A stretch of 33,685 nucleotides of DNA from Octopus bimaculoides (taxonomy: Eukaryota). A model generated the notes under the pieces. The model was not told the DNA's origin. It saw only the letters and a program-made list of their open reading frames with translations, and made no database searches. Made by a program: the position numbers and the translations under genes. Positions 11,501 to 22,988 of this stretch are shown one piece after another (within the stretch, counting starts at the first letter, position 1; each line of letters starts with the position of its first letter). The DNA lies in the NCBI RefSeq assembly GCF_001194135.2, contig NC_068982.1, positions 86,078,495-86,112,179 on the forward strand. Direction: 5' to 3'.

Positions 11501-12630
11501 TGAACAGGTGTAGTAGCCGGCTGTGAGGTGTGTTGTCCTGCACCTCATCTCTATGACCAAATTGCAGTCGTGGTTCAAAAGGAGGCCGAGGAAAGGCAAA
11601 TGGCACCGCGAGTGTCGCGTTGCTCTCAAGCAACTATGCTGTCCCAGGTCAACCTTCAGCGATTGCAACACAACCAAAACATTTTATAGGAGATTAGTGG
11701 AGGGGAAGTACGACAACAATCTTGGGGTGAACCTGGGTGTTGACAAGGAATACCTGACCCACCTGTTCAAGGCGACTTTCGAGCCGGGTCCTATGGACAA
11801 CTTCCAGAGATCCTTGGCCTGGCAGTGCTATCAAGAAGCACTACCCATTCGGGATAATCTCTACAGGCATGGCTCAAGAAACATGGGGCCGAACTGCCTG
11901 AGATGTGGTCAGAGCAACAAAACCGTTCTGCCCGCACTCGTACAGTGTCCAACCATTTCCGACCTGTGGGCCTATGTCGAATGACTTCTATCACATGTGG
12001 GGCGAGTCGGTTTATCAACCGAGTCTATCGTGAATATTGTCGCGCCTCCTTTCTTGCAACAGGAAGGAAGAGCCATTTTCATCGTACTTGTGGCTATGGC
12101 AAAAGAATGTGTAAGATGGATGTGTCTGAAAGGTCTAGAGACAAACATTTTCTTCTCTGGTGAATCTCTCATCAACTTCTTCAAGTATCACTTGAAGAGG
12201 AAGATGAGAGTAGAGAGGGAAGTTTTGTCTAGTGAATGTTTCAAAAAAAGATGGGTGAATGTAGCAAGGACGGCACGTGTGAATGATGGAGCCAGCTTGA
12301 GCATAATCCTATGAACCAGAAAAAGAAAGGAAAAAATGAGTCACTTACTGTAATGTGTTTTATGCATGACATTATTGCATGAGGTTACTTGGTCTTTTCT
12401 GTAGGCTTTTTTTTCCATGGATAAACTTAATCTGTTTCCCCTTTTACATTATGATATTTCTGTGATACACGATCCCTATTGATTAGCTTCCTCGTTTTTT
12501 TTTTCCACAATCCCTTTTGATCAAAAAACTACTCCCTCCCCACTTTTTTTTTCTTTCCTTCCCAAATAGAAAAGCTCTACTTTGTATTTTGTCCCCTCTG
12601 TGTTCAGCCCTGTGTGGTCAATAAAGAAAC
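8538..12630 (+). mobile_element. Tx1/L1-clade non-LTR retrotransposon, near-complete ORF2 with probable ORF1 remnant and 3' UTR
   Basis: APE-RT-CCHC ORF2 (next feature); T-rich 3' UTR 12315-12630 with AATAAA at 12620-12625; (TCTA)n tracts on both sides. Assigning 8538-8928 to this element is inference. Confidence 0.85.
8929..12314 (+). pseudogene. Tx1-like ORF2 (APE endonuclease, reverse transcriptase, Cys/His knuckle), multiple frameshifts and stops
   Basis: IGCVNACGL, AISETRL, DPEGRLVVLDV, YMDHKLV, GPGYWKLN; NFRPITLLNADLRILAKVL, LDQSKAFDRVDH, HQGCPLL, AYVDD (10937-10948); GPNCLRCGQ..LVQCP. Confidence 0.9.
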
Positions 12631-13066
12631 ATATCTATCTGTCTATCTATCTATGTCCTTCTACTGACCAGAAACATTATCTCCTCCCCACTCTTAACAA
12701 TTTCTTAATCTGACACCACTCCTACATCTTTCTCTTTGACTCTGCTTAAATGTATGTTCAAGATATCACAATATATTTACTTATTTATTATTCTACAATA
12801 GACCTGTAAATGACCTCAGCCTAAATTCACAAAGACATTCCCTTAGCTAGCTTCAATAATACTAAATTTCCCCCTACTTGTTCTCTTTTCCCTTCCTTTT
12901 TCATATTCTTATTTTTTTCATTTATCCACTCCCATAAATTACTTCTTCACTAATGTGCTTTTCTTCTCAATCTATATGCTTTCCATGCATTTTCAATCAA
13001 ATCTCTTGGGAGTCAACATGAGATTCCTTGATGATAATGCTAACTTCTTTTGGTTAAGGTATCTTT

Positions 13067-13150
13067 GGCCTGATGAGTAGCTAATGGATTACCCCTCATT
13101 TGGATAATTACTACTTCTGAGGTTCTGCTAGCTATGAAACATATGTAGCC
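13067..13150 (+). ncRNA. Type I hammerhead ribozyme motif (complete core)
   Basis: Stem I GGC(13067-69)/GCC(13148-50); CTGATGA 13070-76; stem II GTAGCTA(13077-83)/TAGCTAT(13129-35); GAAA 13136-39; palindromic stem III ACATATGT 13139-46; GUA cleavage triplet ending at 13147. Confidence 0.75.
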
Positions 13151-13182
13151 TGGATTTTATCTGCTCCATTCCTTAATTTGGG

Positions 13183-13263
<81 letters not shown>

Positions 13264-13555
13264 CATACANNNNNNNNNNNNNNNNNNNNNNNNNNNNNNN
13301 NNNNNNNNNNNNNNNNNNNNNNNNNNNNNNNNNNNNNNNNNNNNNNNNNNNNNNNNNNNNNNNNNNNNNNNNNNNNNNNNNNNNNNNNNNNNNNNNNNNN
13401 NNNNNNNNNNNNNNNNNNNNNNNNNNNNNNNNNNNNNNNNNNNNNNNNNNNNNNNNNNNNNNNNNNNNNNNNNNNNNNNNNNNNNNNNNNNNNNNNATAT
13501 ATAAAATATATAATATATATGAAATATATAATATATATATATGTGTGTATGTATA
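13183..13555. repeat. (TA)n/(TACA)n microsatellite spanning an assembly gap
   Basis: Directly visible on both sides of the N run 13270-13496. Confidence 0.9.
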
Positions 13556-13559
13556 TAAA

Positions 13560-13715
13560 ACAAGTTTTTTAAAGTTTCTGTCTACCAAATCCATTCACAA
13601 AGCTTTGGTCAGCCTGAGGCTATAAAAGAAGACATTTGCCCAAGGTGCCATGCAGTAGGACTGATTCTGAAACATTGTGGTTGGAAGAAAACTCCTTACT
13701 ACACACCCATGCCTT
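13560..13715 (-). mobile_element. tRNA-derived SINE family A, head/body
   Basis: Reverse complement aligns to 4516-4675. Confidence 0.8.
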
Positions 13716-13747
13716 CACTATATGTACATTATATACATATAGATTAG

Positions 13748-13960
13748 CATCATCATCATTTAATATCTGTTGTCCATACTGGCATGGGTTGGACAGTTTG
13801 ACCAGGGCTGATAAGCTGAGGGGGCTGCCCCAGACTCCAACCTGATTTGGCATAGTTTCTATGGTTGGATGCCCTTCCTAACGCCAACCACTTCAAGAGT
13901 GTAATGGGTGCTTTTGCATGCCACCAGCATGGGTACCAGTTGCATGACACCAGTATCTGC
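13748..13960 (-). mobile_element. RTE 3' UTR fragment with (GAT)n tail
   Basis: (CAT)n followed by TGGATGCCCTTCCTAACGCCAACCAC; reverse complement of the RTE tail at 1-267. Confidence 0.8.
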
Positions 13961-14513
13961 CAGACAGACAAACACACACACACACCTATATATATATAAA
14001 GTAAAAAGAATTAATAAATCCAGGCAGAAAGCACTCGGTGTTAAATAAATTTGGTTAACTATATCAAATAATCAGATACTAATAAATTCAAGTAGAATTA
14101 ACATTCAAGGTAATTCGTCATGTATGACAAGTAAATCCAAACATCACTTAGAAGAATTTCAAGAAATTTGGAGCTAATATACAACCTGCAGGCCAGACCG
14201 TCTCTCGCCACCAACACCACCACTATACTGATGTCTCTCCACTGTTGCTGTCACTATCTTCATAACATCAACACACAGCTCTGTTTTTTTTCTACCTCAC
14301 TGTTTGTTAACTTACTTCACCGAGGGGCTAACAGCAACAACTACATACAACTAGACGCCAATAGATACAAGACAGAATGCATATCAGTTAATTCTTTCCG
14401 TGTACAACTGTCTCTGTGACCACAGATAAAGACAAGTCTAAATTACTATTATAAATGGTGAACAGCTACGGAAGAATTTTTTTTACAGCAGCCTAGAAGG
14501 TCCTATTGTAAAA

Positions 14514-14640
14514 AACTTGGCTGAACCAAATAAGAACAAAGTTTCAACAAGCAGGAAAAACACATTTTCCAGCAACGCAACTGTTATTTTCACTCATAAC
14601 ATCAACAGGGAAAAATTTGACGGCCCACTTCAAGTCACCA
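14514..14640 (-). pseudogene. Minus-strand PBS-like motif plus degenerate gag N-terminus
   Basis: TGGTGACTTGAAGTG (14640-14626), then ATG at 14597 reading MSENNSCVAGKCVFPAC*NFVLIWFSQV, which aligns without gaps to the plus-strand gag LPSFTCDVMLWFAQL. Confidence 0.5.
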
Positions 14641-14642
14641 TT

Positions 14643-14796
14643 TGTTGAGTGACCAAAGCATTCAATTTTCGTCCATGTGCTGACATAACAGAACCGATTC
14701 TCTCGCCATTTTTGCTGATTTTTTACACGGTGTCAACACCGATAAAAAAAGAAGAAAAAAACAGAAGAACCACACGAAAAAAAATATTATTACAAA

Positions 14797-14829
<33 letters not shown>

Positions 14830-14874
14830 ATAATAATTTTTTTGGTATTTTTGTTTTTTTCAGCACAAAAAACA
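14643..14874. repeat. 232-bp LTR-like segment (TGTT...AACA) between two PBS-like motifs
   Basis: Terminal TGTT/AACA; preceded by GTCACCA (14634-40); followed by GGTT-TGGTGA (14879-84); contains a (CA)n tract; no visible similarity to the 3' LTR at 19220. Confidence 0.45.
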
Positions 14875-15044
14875 GGTTTGGTGATGAAGAAGTCGTGTAT
14901 TGCAGGCAGTACATGACTTAACAAAATTTCTTTAAGAGATATTTTATCTCTCATTATCTGCAAACACTCTTTCCTGTTTTTCCAAGTAACACTCTTTGTC
15001 GGTTCTCTAGTTTTCCTCTGTGACAGAACACGAGTAATGAAAAC

Positions 15045-15823
15045 ATGAGTTTACCTAATCTTCCTTCCTTCACTTGTGACGTCATGCTTTGGTTTGCACA
15101 GTTGGAGTTTTATTTCGTGGCACATGCGGTACCTTCGCAGCGACAATTAAATCTTCTCTTTTGTGGCATTCCTGCCCCACTCGCCAGTCCAGTGAGGGAC
15201 CTAATCACTGACCCTCATCCAGATGTGACTTACAAGGTAGTTAAGTCTGAGATTCTCCAACAGAATACAAAATCCGCAGAGTGTAAGTTTAAGCAACTCA
15301 TGCAGGATGCAGAGCTAGATGACAGGACGCCATCTCAATTCTTAAGGCATTTACGCAAACTCAGCGACACATCCGAGGATAACTCACTTTTGTGAAAGCT
15401 TTTCTTCTCTCGTCTACCTCCCAATGTGCAAACCATCTTAGCCACAGCAGTTGATACCAACACCATGGATCAACCAGCTACCATGGCCAATAAAATTTTA
15501 GAGTTCCCTGTCCAGCCAGCACCTCACCATGTCTCTCTTGCTCTGAGGTTTCCTCCACTGCCTCTGACAAGTCTTCTCCCTCATCACATGATGATATTTT
15601 GGAGAGACTTGAAACCTTGACACAGCAAATGGACGTGCTTTGGGAAGGACACTCTAACTCTTTGCACCCTTGCAGTCGAGGCCGATTCCATTCACACTCA
15701 ACCGATTCCTTTTCACCTAGCTCCGATCTCTGTTGGTACCACGCCAGATATAAGCATAAAGCCCATAAGTGCATTCAGTATTGTTCCTTCCAGTCTTTTG
15801 GAAATGACCTGCAGAAGGCCTGA
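15045..15823 (+). pseudogene. Gypsy gag (interrupted)
   Basis: LPSF..LWFAQLE, ELDDRTPSQFLRHLRKL, and CWYHARYKHKAHKCIQYC (C-X2-H-X9-C-X3-C, typical of the CsRn1 lineage). Confidence 0.88.
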
Positions 15824-15882
15824 GCACATCAAGCACTTCCTGCTAATTTTCCTCAAATCATGCACTTTTTGTAAAGGACTGT

Positions 15883-18800
15883 GTGTCTAACGAGTCGTTC
15901 ATTGTCAACACCAGTTCTAGTTGTTCTATTTGGCCTTTGTGTCTCGTTACAGACAAGCCAAAATGCTCAGAAATCACCTTGCACGTGGTCAATTGGTCTC
16001 CCATTGTGACTTATGGTCAGGTTTCCTTACACCTTGACATTAATCTTCAGCAAGATTTTAGGTGGATTTTTGTCATAGCTGATCTACCACATCCTATTCT
16101 GGGTGCGGATTTCTTGAACAATTTTAATCTATTAGTAGATATCAGGCGACAGACACTCGTCAATGGTTCTACATCTGTGTCTAAACCTGCAAAGGCTACT
16201 ACTAATGCTGTTCTCAGTCCGTCATTTTTTGTTGCCACTGCTGGTGATCAATTTCATTCATTTTTAGCTTTTTTCCCAGAGCTGGTAGATCAGACATTCC
16301 AATCGGCAAAACCCATGCACTCGACCCTCCACTATATTACCACCACTGGGCCACCTGTCTTTTCAGGCCCGCGGCGACTTGCTCCTGACCGTCTCAAGAA
16401 GGCTAGGTCTGAGTTTGAGCATATGCTCCAGCTTGGCCTGATACACCCCTCCACCAGCCCATAGGCATTCTCCCTAGATTTGGCACGAAAAGGGGATTCT
16501 GATTTTCGCCCGATGGGCGTTTGAATGCAATTACTGTTCCGAATCGCTATCTTATAAGAAATCTCAAGATTTCTCATCTAATTTGCATGGTTGTACCATT
16601 TTTTCTAAGGTCAATCTCGTTCATGACTATCATTAGATACCAGCCAATCCTGAGGACATTCCAAAAACCAACACCATCACTACTCCCTTTGGCAGCTTCG
16701 AGTTCCTTTTTATGAGCTTTGGTTTGCGGAATGCCACAAGCACGTTCCAGAGATTTATTGATGAAGTTGTCTGCAGACTTGATTTTGTGTTCATTTACTT
16801 TGATGACGTACTCATTGCAAGCAACATGCATGAGAATCACCTCCAAAACTTAACTCAACTCTTTCAGTGTCTTCACACCTACAATGTGTGAATCATCTCC
16901 GATAAGTGTGTTTTTGGGCAGTCCTCTCTGGAATTTCTGGGGCATTAATCGACTCGAATGGTATCAGACCTCTCTCTTCCAAAGTCGATGCAATTCAACG
17001 CATTGCACCTCCTTCTTCCTTGCACCAATTGCGCCATTTTTGGGGAATGGTTAACTTCTATAGACGCTTCATACACAGATGTGCAGACAAGCTACTTCCC
17101 TTGACTCAGCTACTGAAAGACAACACTAAAAAAGATGCTCATCTCACTCTCTCAGCTGAGGCATTATCTGCCTTTGAATCAATCAAAAAGGAAATAGCTT
17201 TTGTTCCTTTGCTTGCACATCCAGGTCCTGATGCTCCTCTCTCTTTAACCGCTGATGCATCAGATTCTGTGATTGGTGCTATTTTGCAGCACACCATAGA
17301 CAATCAGACTAAACCTTTGGCATTCTTTTCTCACCAATTACAACCTGGTGAACGTCACTACAGTGCGTTTGATCATGAACTCTTGGCAAACTATCTGTCA
17401 GTTCATCATTTTCAGCATCAGCTTGAAGGTCGTGACTTTGTGAGTTACACTGATCACAAGCCCCTTATGTTTGCTCTGTCATCTAAATTGGACAAACTCT
17501 CGCCTCGTGCTTTCCGTCACCTGGATTATATTTCCCAGTTCACGAGTGACGTTTGCCATATACCTGGGACAGAGAACGTGCCTGCTGACGCACTCTCTCA
17601 TCTCCCTGTTTGTTCTATTTCATCTCCTGCTGCAATCGATTTGACTACCATTGTGCATGATCAGCCACTTTGGATCTAACTTCTCCCAAGCTGTCCTGTT
17701 GCAAGTTTGCCTATCTTCTGCTCCTGTCAGCTGAAGGCACAATCCTTTGTGACACATCTACTGATTCTCCCAAGTCGCTTGTGCCTGAGAACCACCAACG
17801 TTCTGTATTTGATGCCCTGCATTCAATGTCACATCCGGGCATCACTGCATTGGGGAAGCTTGTCACTGCTCGGTTCTTCTGGCCTAATATGTGCTGCATA
17901 ATCACTGCTTGGGCACACTCTTGGATGAAGTGCCAGTGTTCCAAAGTCGACAGGCATATTTGCGCTCAGCTTAGACAGTTTTCTTCTCCGAGACCTGTTT
18001 TCACCATGTCCACATTGGTCTTGTTGGACCATGGCCTATGAGTCGCAGGTTCTCTTACATATTAACACGTGTTGATCACTTCTCCCGTTGGCCAGATGCC
18101 ATTCCAATAGTGGACATTTCTGCTGATTCAGTTGCTCAAGCTTTCAACTGTCAATGGATTGCTCACTTTGGTGTTCCAACCAAAATAACTACTGATCGTG
18201 GACGCCAGTTTGAAGCCTCCTTATTTCGTGAGCTGTCATGAATTCTGGGTGTTCATCACATTCGTACAACTAGTTACCATCCAGCCTCCAACAGGATGGC
18301 CGAACGCTTTCACAGACAGCTTAAGGCCGCTCTAGGTGCCTCTCCAGATCCACAGTATTGGACTGAGTTTCTGCCTATCATTCTTCTTGGTTGTTGCACT
18401 ACTGTTAAGGTAGACTTGGGTTTCTCCTCTGCCGAACTTCTTTATGGTACTACTCTGGCATTACCTGGTATGATGTTGGGCCACACATTTCACTGCTTCC
18501 TGATCCAATGTCGTATGTCACCAGATTTTGTTCCTATTTCTCCAGTCTTCCACCCATGCATCCTCGTGACCAGTCACCACCATCTCACGTCCCACCAGAC
18601 ATTGACAAGTGGACTCATGTTTTTGTTCGGGATGATTCTGTCAGGGGACTTCTTGTTTCTCCCTATAAGGGACCATTTTGTGTGCTATCACTCACACCCA
18701 AAACTTTTACTATCGACATGAATAGTCAGACAGAGACCGTCTTTGTAGATAGACTTAAAAGAGCTCATGTTGAGGTGTCTACACCACTTAATGACACCCC

Positions 18801-18955
18801 AGCTATGCCCACCTTTGATCCACTGCGATCACCCACTCATGCACCTTTGCTCACATCTATACCCTCACCTTCGTCATCACAATCTACCTCACAACCACAA
18901 CCAAACAAACCTTATGTCACTAGGACAGGCCACACAGTTCACTGGCCTAAGAAAC
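15883..18955 (+). pseudogene. Gypsy pol (protease, RT, RNase H, integrase), frameshifted
   Basis: IVNTSSSCSI (decayed DTGS), PILGADFL; PRRLAPDRL, FGLRNATSTFQRF, YFDD 16796-16807; ADASD, YTDHKPL, NVPADALS; HSMSHPG, VDHFSRWP, ITTDRGRQFE, YHPASNRMAERFHRQLK, PYKGPF. Confidence 0.92.
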
Positions 18956-19219
18956 TTTGTAAGACTGACATTTTTTTTCTTTTTCTTTCCTGTGACAGAC
19001 ATTTATTTTCTTGTGTGCTGAACATTTCAATGCCTTGACATTGAACCTTGCAAAGAACATTTTGTGCATGTCTCTTGTATATTGATTGTAATCAATTTTC
19101 TTTTTCACTTATTTCATTGTGCAAGACTTATTGTTATTTGCTCTCACTGCCATTCTCCACGTTCTTGTACTCTCCTACAATTTTTAATTTCAAACCTGAG
19201 TTCTCAGTGGGGAGCCCTT

Positions 19220-19612
19220 TGTAGTGTTGCACAGACATGCCATATTGAGATCTCGCTGACAGACATTAGCTGCTCAAGACCAGAGCAAGATCTCACAAAC
19301 TTCCGGTGGGCATGCACAACGAGACAGTAAGCCTTTCCAAATGGACACCTATATAAGACAGCTCTTGAGCTTGTTCACTCTCTGTTCCCACGTGCCTCTC
19401 ATGCTAGAAGCAGCTCGTCTCACTAGCAGCAACTCGCAGCCTCACACATACAACACGGTGGATGATACACTATGCTAGAGATGGTTTACGAGAGCCAAAC
19501 TTTGAGCCTGTAAATAAATATTATTCGGATTTGTTATCTGACTTTGTCTTTGATTTGATACTTCATTTGACTGGATTTAAATTTATAATGGGAGACACAA
19601 GATACCCTACCA
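19220..19612 (+). repeat. 3' LTR of the Gypsy element (end at 19612 or about 19655, uncertain)
   Basis: Begins TGTAG directly after the PPT; TATATAA 19350-56; AATAAA 19513-18; candidate ends CTACCA (19612) or TTCAACA (19655). Confidence 0.7.
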
Positions 19613-19668
19613 GTATCTTAGCCAACAATGGCCTCCCATTATAAACTCTTCAACAGGTTCCCTCTACT

Positions 19669-20395
19669 TACACAGTGTCCAAAAAGATGTATATACACTT
19701 TAACAGCTGATAACAAACTTAATTTTCATTTCTCTTTTGAATTAACTCATTATAAATAATGAAGGGAATCAGGCAAAGCTTAGAACATTGGACATTTATA
19801 CTAAAATGTTACTGGAAGTTTGTAAATGCAGTTGAAGAGCAAAGACAGTGTAGGAGGGAATTTCAAACAGATACACCTATACAACTTACCATCACTCAAA
19901 TTAGAGATAAGTTTGAAGCAGATGAACTGTTTAGAAATGTTCTGGAAGATTGCAAACATCAACAATTCCCACAAAGCAAGAAAGGATACTAGAAATATAT
20001 TGCTAGATTTCAAGAAAATCTTTGTGGCAAAGCAAGTTGTGAGATGGAAATTTTGACATCAAGTATCCATCACATTCTGAAGCAATATCATTGGAAAAGT
20101 TGCATTCGAAGATGATCTGGACAGAAATGCAGAGTTTTGCAAATGGTGCCTGGCAAGATGTGTAGAAGATGCACACTTACAACAAAGATTTTTTGGAGTG
20201 ATGAGACTACATTCAAATTAAATGACTCAATTAACCACCAAAGTTGCACCTACAGAGGACCTGAGAATTCACATATTATGGAGGAACATCATTTTGATTT
20301 ACCAGGAGTTGGTATGGTGCAGCTATAATCAAAAGAATTAACTGGGCCATTCCTTTTTGATGGCACTGTAACTGGCCTCATTTACTTGAACTACA
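19669..20395 (+). mobile_element. Tc1/mariner-superfamily transposon (maT/rosa-like), 3'-truncated
   Basis: TA-CACAGTGTCCAAAAAG terminal motif; FILKCYWKF..QRQCRREF..LTITQIRDKFEA (N-terminal HTH); [32 protein letters not shown]. Confidence 0.75.
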
Positions 20396-20479
20396 AAAGC
20401 ATATTAAAAAGATAAAGGTATTAAAACTGGCAGTTGAGAAAGCATCTATATTTGAGTCTCCAACACAACGATCCCATTT

Positions 20480-21030
20480 GAATCTGCATCAGCTCCTCTT
20501 GACATCCTTTCATCCCCTTATCATGTATATCTCCCCATCCTCCCCTATGCCATCCTCTCACCTGTTTCTAACATTATATGCTTGCTTCTTCCACTTACAC
20601 ATCTTGTTTCTTCTTATTTTAATAATTTTTCTTATATTAACCTTCTTGGTCTATGCCTCAAAGAAATGAGCATACCACAGAGTAGTGACAGCTCATCAAT
20701 CTTAGGGATTAAAAAATAACTTCACTAGTGCTGGTGCAATGACAAAATGCACCCAGTGCACTTTGGAAAGTGATTGACAAACAAGCATATGACATAGGGT
20801 CAAGAGTATCCTTTTTCTCATCCAACATATGACAAACTCTCTAGAGCTGGTGCAATGATAAAATATACTGAATACACTCAGTATATAGGTGAATGGAAGG
20901 ACATTCAAGCACAGAAAATAAACCCATAATGAAATGTATGAGGACAGCATCTCCAAATACAAACTGACACACACCTTGGTGATCCATCCAAGCCATGCTT
21001 AGAAACAGTGAATGTTGAGAAACAATGAAA
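20480..21030 (+). mobile_element. Old RTE-tailed repeat (pyrimidine-rich body plus degenerate RTE 3' UTR)
   Basis: CT-rich block followed by two GCTGGTGCAATGA(C/T)AAAAT units and CCATCCAAGCCATGC, decayed versions of the RTE tail motifs. Confidence 0.5.
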
Positions 21031-21279
21031 TTATGGTTTTTCCCTAATTAATGGTAAATGATAACTAACTTTGTCAACCATAATAGCAGGATTAAACATT
21101 CTAGTTGGTTGAACAATGATGACATTCAGAACTTGAGTAACAGATAGAATCTAAATTAACATTTCTCCAAAGATATAACCATACTGCATGGCTCATTATG
21201 TGGGCAAATAAGGAGTGCTTTCTCCAGCCTGATTGAATTGAAACAAGACACTACTTTTTGAAATGTAAGAAAGATATTT

Positions 21280-22430
21280 CAGCTTTCAACCATTAACAAT
21301 CAGACTCTGAATTTGATGTTTAAAATAAATGAGGTCACTGCATTGGCAGAACAGTAATGCATTGAGATTATCAGCATACTGAAACATCTGATTTTCCATG
21401 GAACCTTCTCTTACAGAGGCAACTATGTAGGAAATAACAGAAAAAAAGAAAACAGAGGAAAACTAAAGGCGAATAAACATAAAGACCAAATTATCAAATA
21501 GAAGGAGCACATATTAAAGCAACTTGAACATCAATCAAAATTCATAGACCAACCTATCATTAATATTGTAACAGAAACCTTATTGATAGATACAGTTGAT
21601 GTTACTAAAGAACTAATGGATTAAATCATGTCCTTTCAAATAGCAAGGCACTAGGTTTTGACAATATATCAGTGAAAGTATAGAAAACAGGAGTATTCTT
21701 GGATCTATTACTTACACCAGGATAAAGGTGATATTTGGGTGAAAAGTGGTCTGTACCAATCCCAAAGGAAGGAAATCTTGGATATGTTAAACAATACAGA
21801 GATATTAGAATATCAACCATAGCAGATAAAATCTAGAATAGGTTGCTTTTAAGATTATGCCCTAATATAGAACAATTAGTAAGAATCAATCAAAAGGGTT
21901 TTCATCCAGGAAGATCAACATTATCACAAATTCTTACATTTTAAGGGCTCATTGATGGTGTCAAAAATCAGAGCCTAAATGCTGCTATATCATGTGTAGA
22001 CCTAAGCAAACCTTTCAACTCAATCCACTGAATCAAATTGGTACAGGTTCTCAAGGCATATGATAGCCCAGGCACAATCACAGACGCAATCAGCATTCTC
22101 TGCTTAGGTTTTATTACCTGATGGTATTGCAAATTACTTCGAGATTCTGGCAGGAGTACTACATGTGACACTCTTGCACTTATTTTGTTTATTGTAGCCC
22201 TGTATTACTCATTACAAATTGTAACATCAAATTCATTAGAAACATGTTTCCAAATAGTTTCTCAAAAAGACATGTCATTCTGCAACTATCTTATTGCTAT
22301 CAAGAAAGCTAACCTATTTCTTCAATGAGCTGAGGAAGCTGCTAAACGGAAATAGACCACAGATTATTGATGATAAGACAGAACTTATGGTTGTTAATCA
22401 TCAAAAAGTGAAAACTCAATATATATATAC
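21280..22430 (+). mobile_element. Degenerate RTE-clade LINE of a second family (endonuclease start plus RT), internally deleted
   Basis: EVTALAEQ*CIEIISILKH (decayed EN motif); KALGFDNIS, PIPKEGNLG..YRDI, NQKGFHPGRSTLSQIL, VDLSKPFNSIH, VLKAYDSPG, FEILAGVL. Confidence 0.75.
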
Positions 22431-22946
22431 ATATATATANNNNNNNNNNNNNNNNNNNNNNNNNNNNNNNNNNNNNNNNNNNNNNNNNNNNNNNNNNNNN
22501 NNNNNNNNNNNNNNNNNNNNNNNNNNNNNNNNNNNNNNNNNNNNNNNNNNNNNNNNNNNNNNNNNNNNNNNNNNNNNNNNNNNNNNNNNNNNNNNNNNNN
22601 NNNNNNNNNNNNNNNNNNNNNNNNNNNNNNNNNNNNNNNNNNNNNNNNNNNNNNNNNNNNNNNNNNNNNNNNNNNNNNNNNNNNNNNNNNNNNNNNNNNN
22701 NNNNNNNNNNNNNNNNNNNNNNNNNNNNNNNNNNNNNNNNNNNNNNNNNNNNNNNNNNNNNNNNNNNNNNNNNNNNNNNNNNNNNNNNNNNNNNNNNNNN
22801 NNNNNNNNNNNNNNNNNNNNNNNNNNNNNNNNNNNNNNNNNNNNNNNNNNNNNNNNNNNNNNNNNNNNNNNNNNNNNNNNNNNNNNNNNNNNNNNNNNNN
22901 NNNNNNNNNNNNNNNNNNNNNNNNNNNNNNNNNNNNNNNNNNNNNN

Positions 22947-22988
<42 letters not shown>

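Larger units (their letters stand above)
14879..19612 (+). mobile_element. Ty3/Gypsy LTR retrotransposon, CsRn1/Boudicca/Kabuki lineage, degenerate
   Basis: Order gag-PR-RT-RNaseH-IN; CHCC gag knuckle; TGGTGA PBS; PPT AGTGGGGAG 19206-14; 3' LTR starting TGTAG at 19220. Confidence 0.92.

Noticed and set aside
8407-14040. Inverted pair CACTGAGTGCTTTCT..GCCTGGATTTA (8407-8446) and 14015-14040 as TIRs of a CACTA-like element
   Set aside because: No TSD (CCC vs TTA), the interrupted mariner does not resume after 14040, and both copies sit beside (TA)n; more likely two ends of a dispersed repeat.
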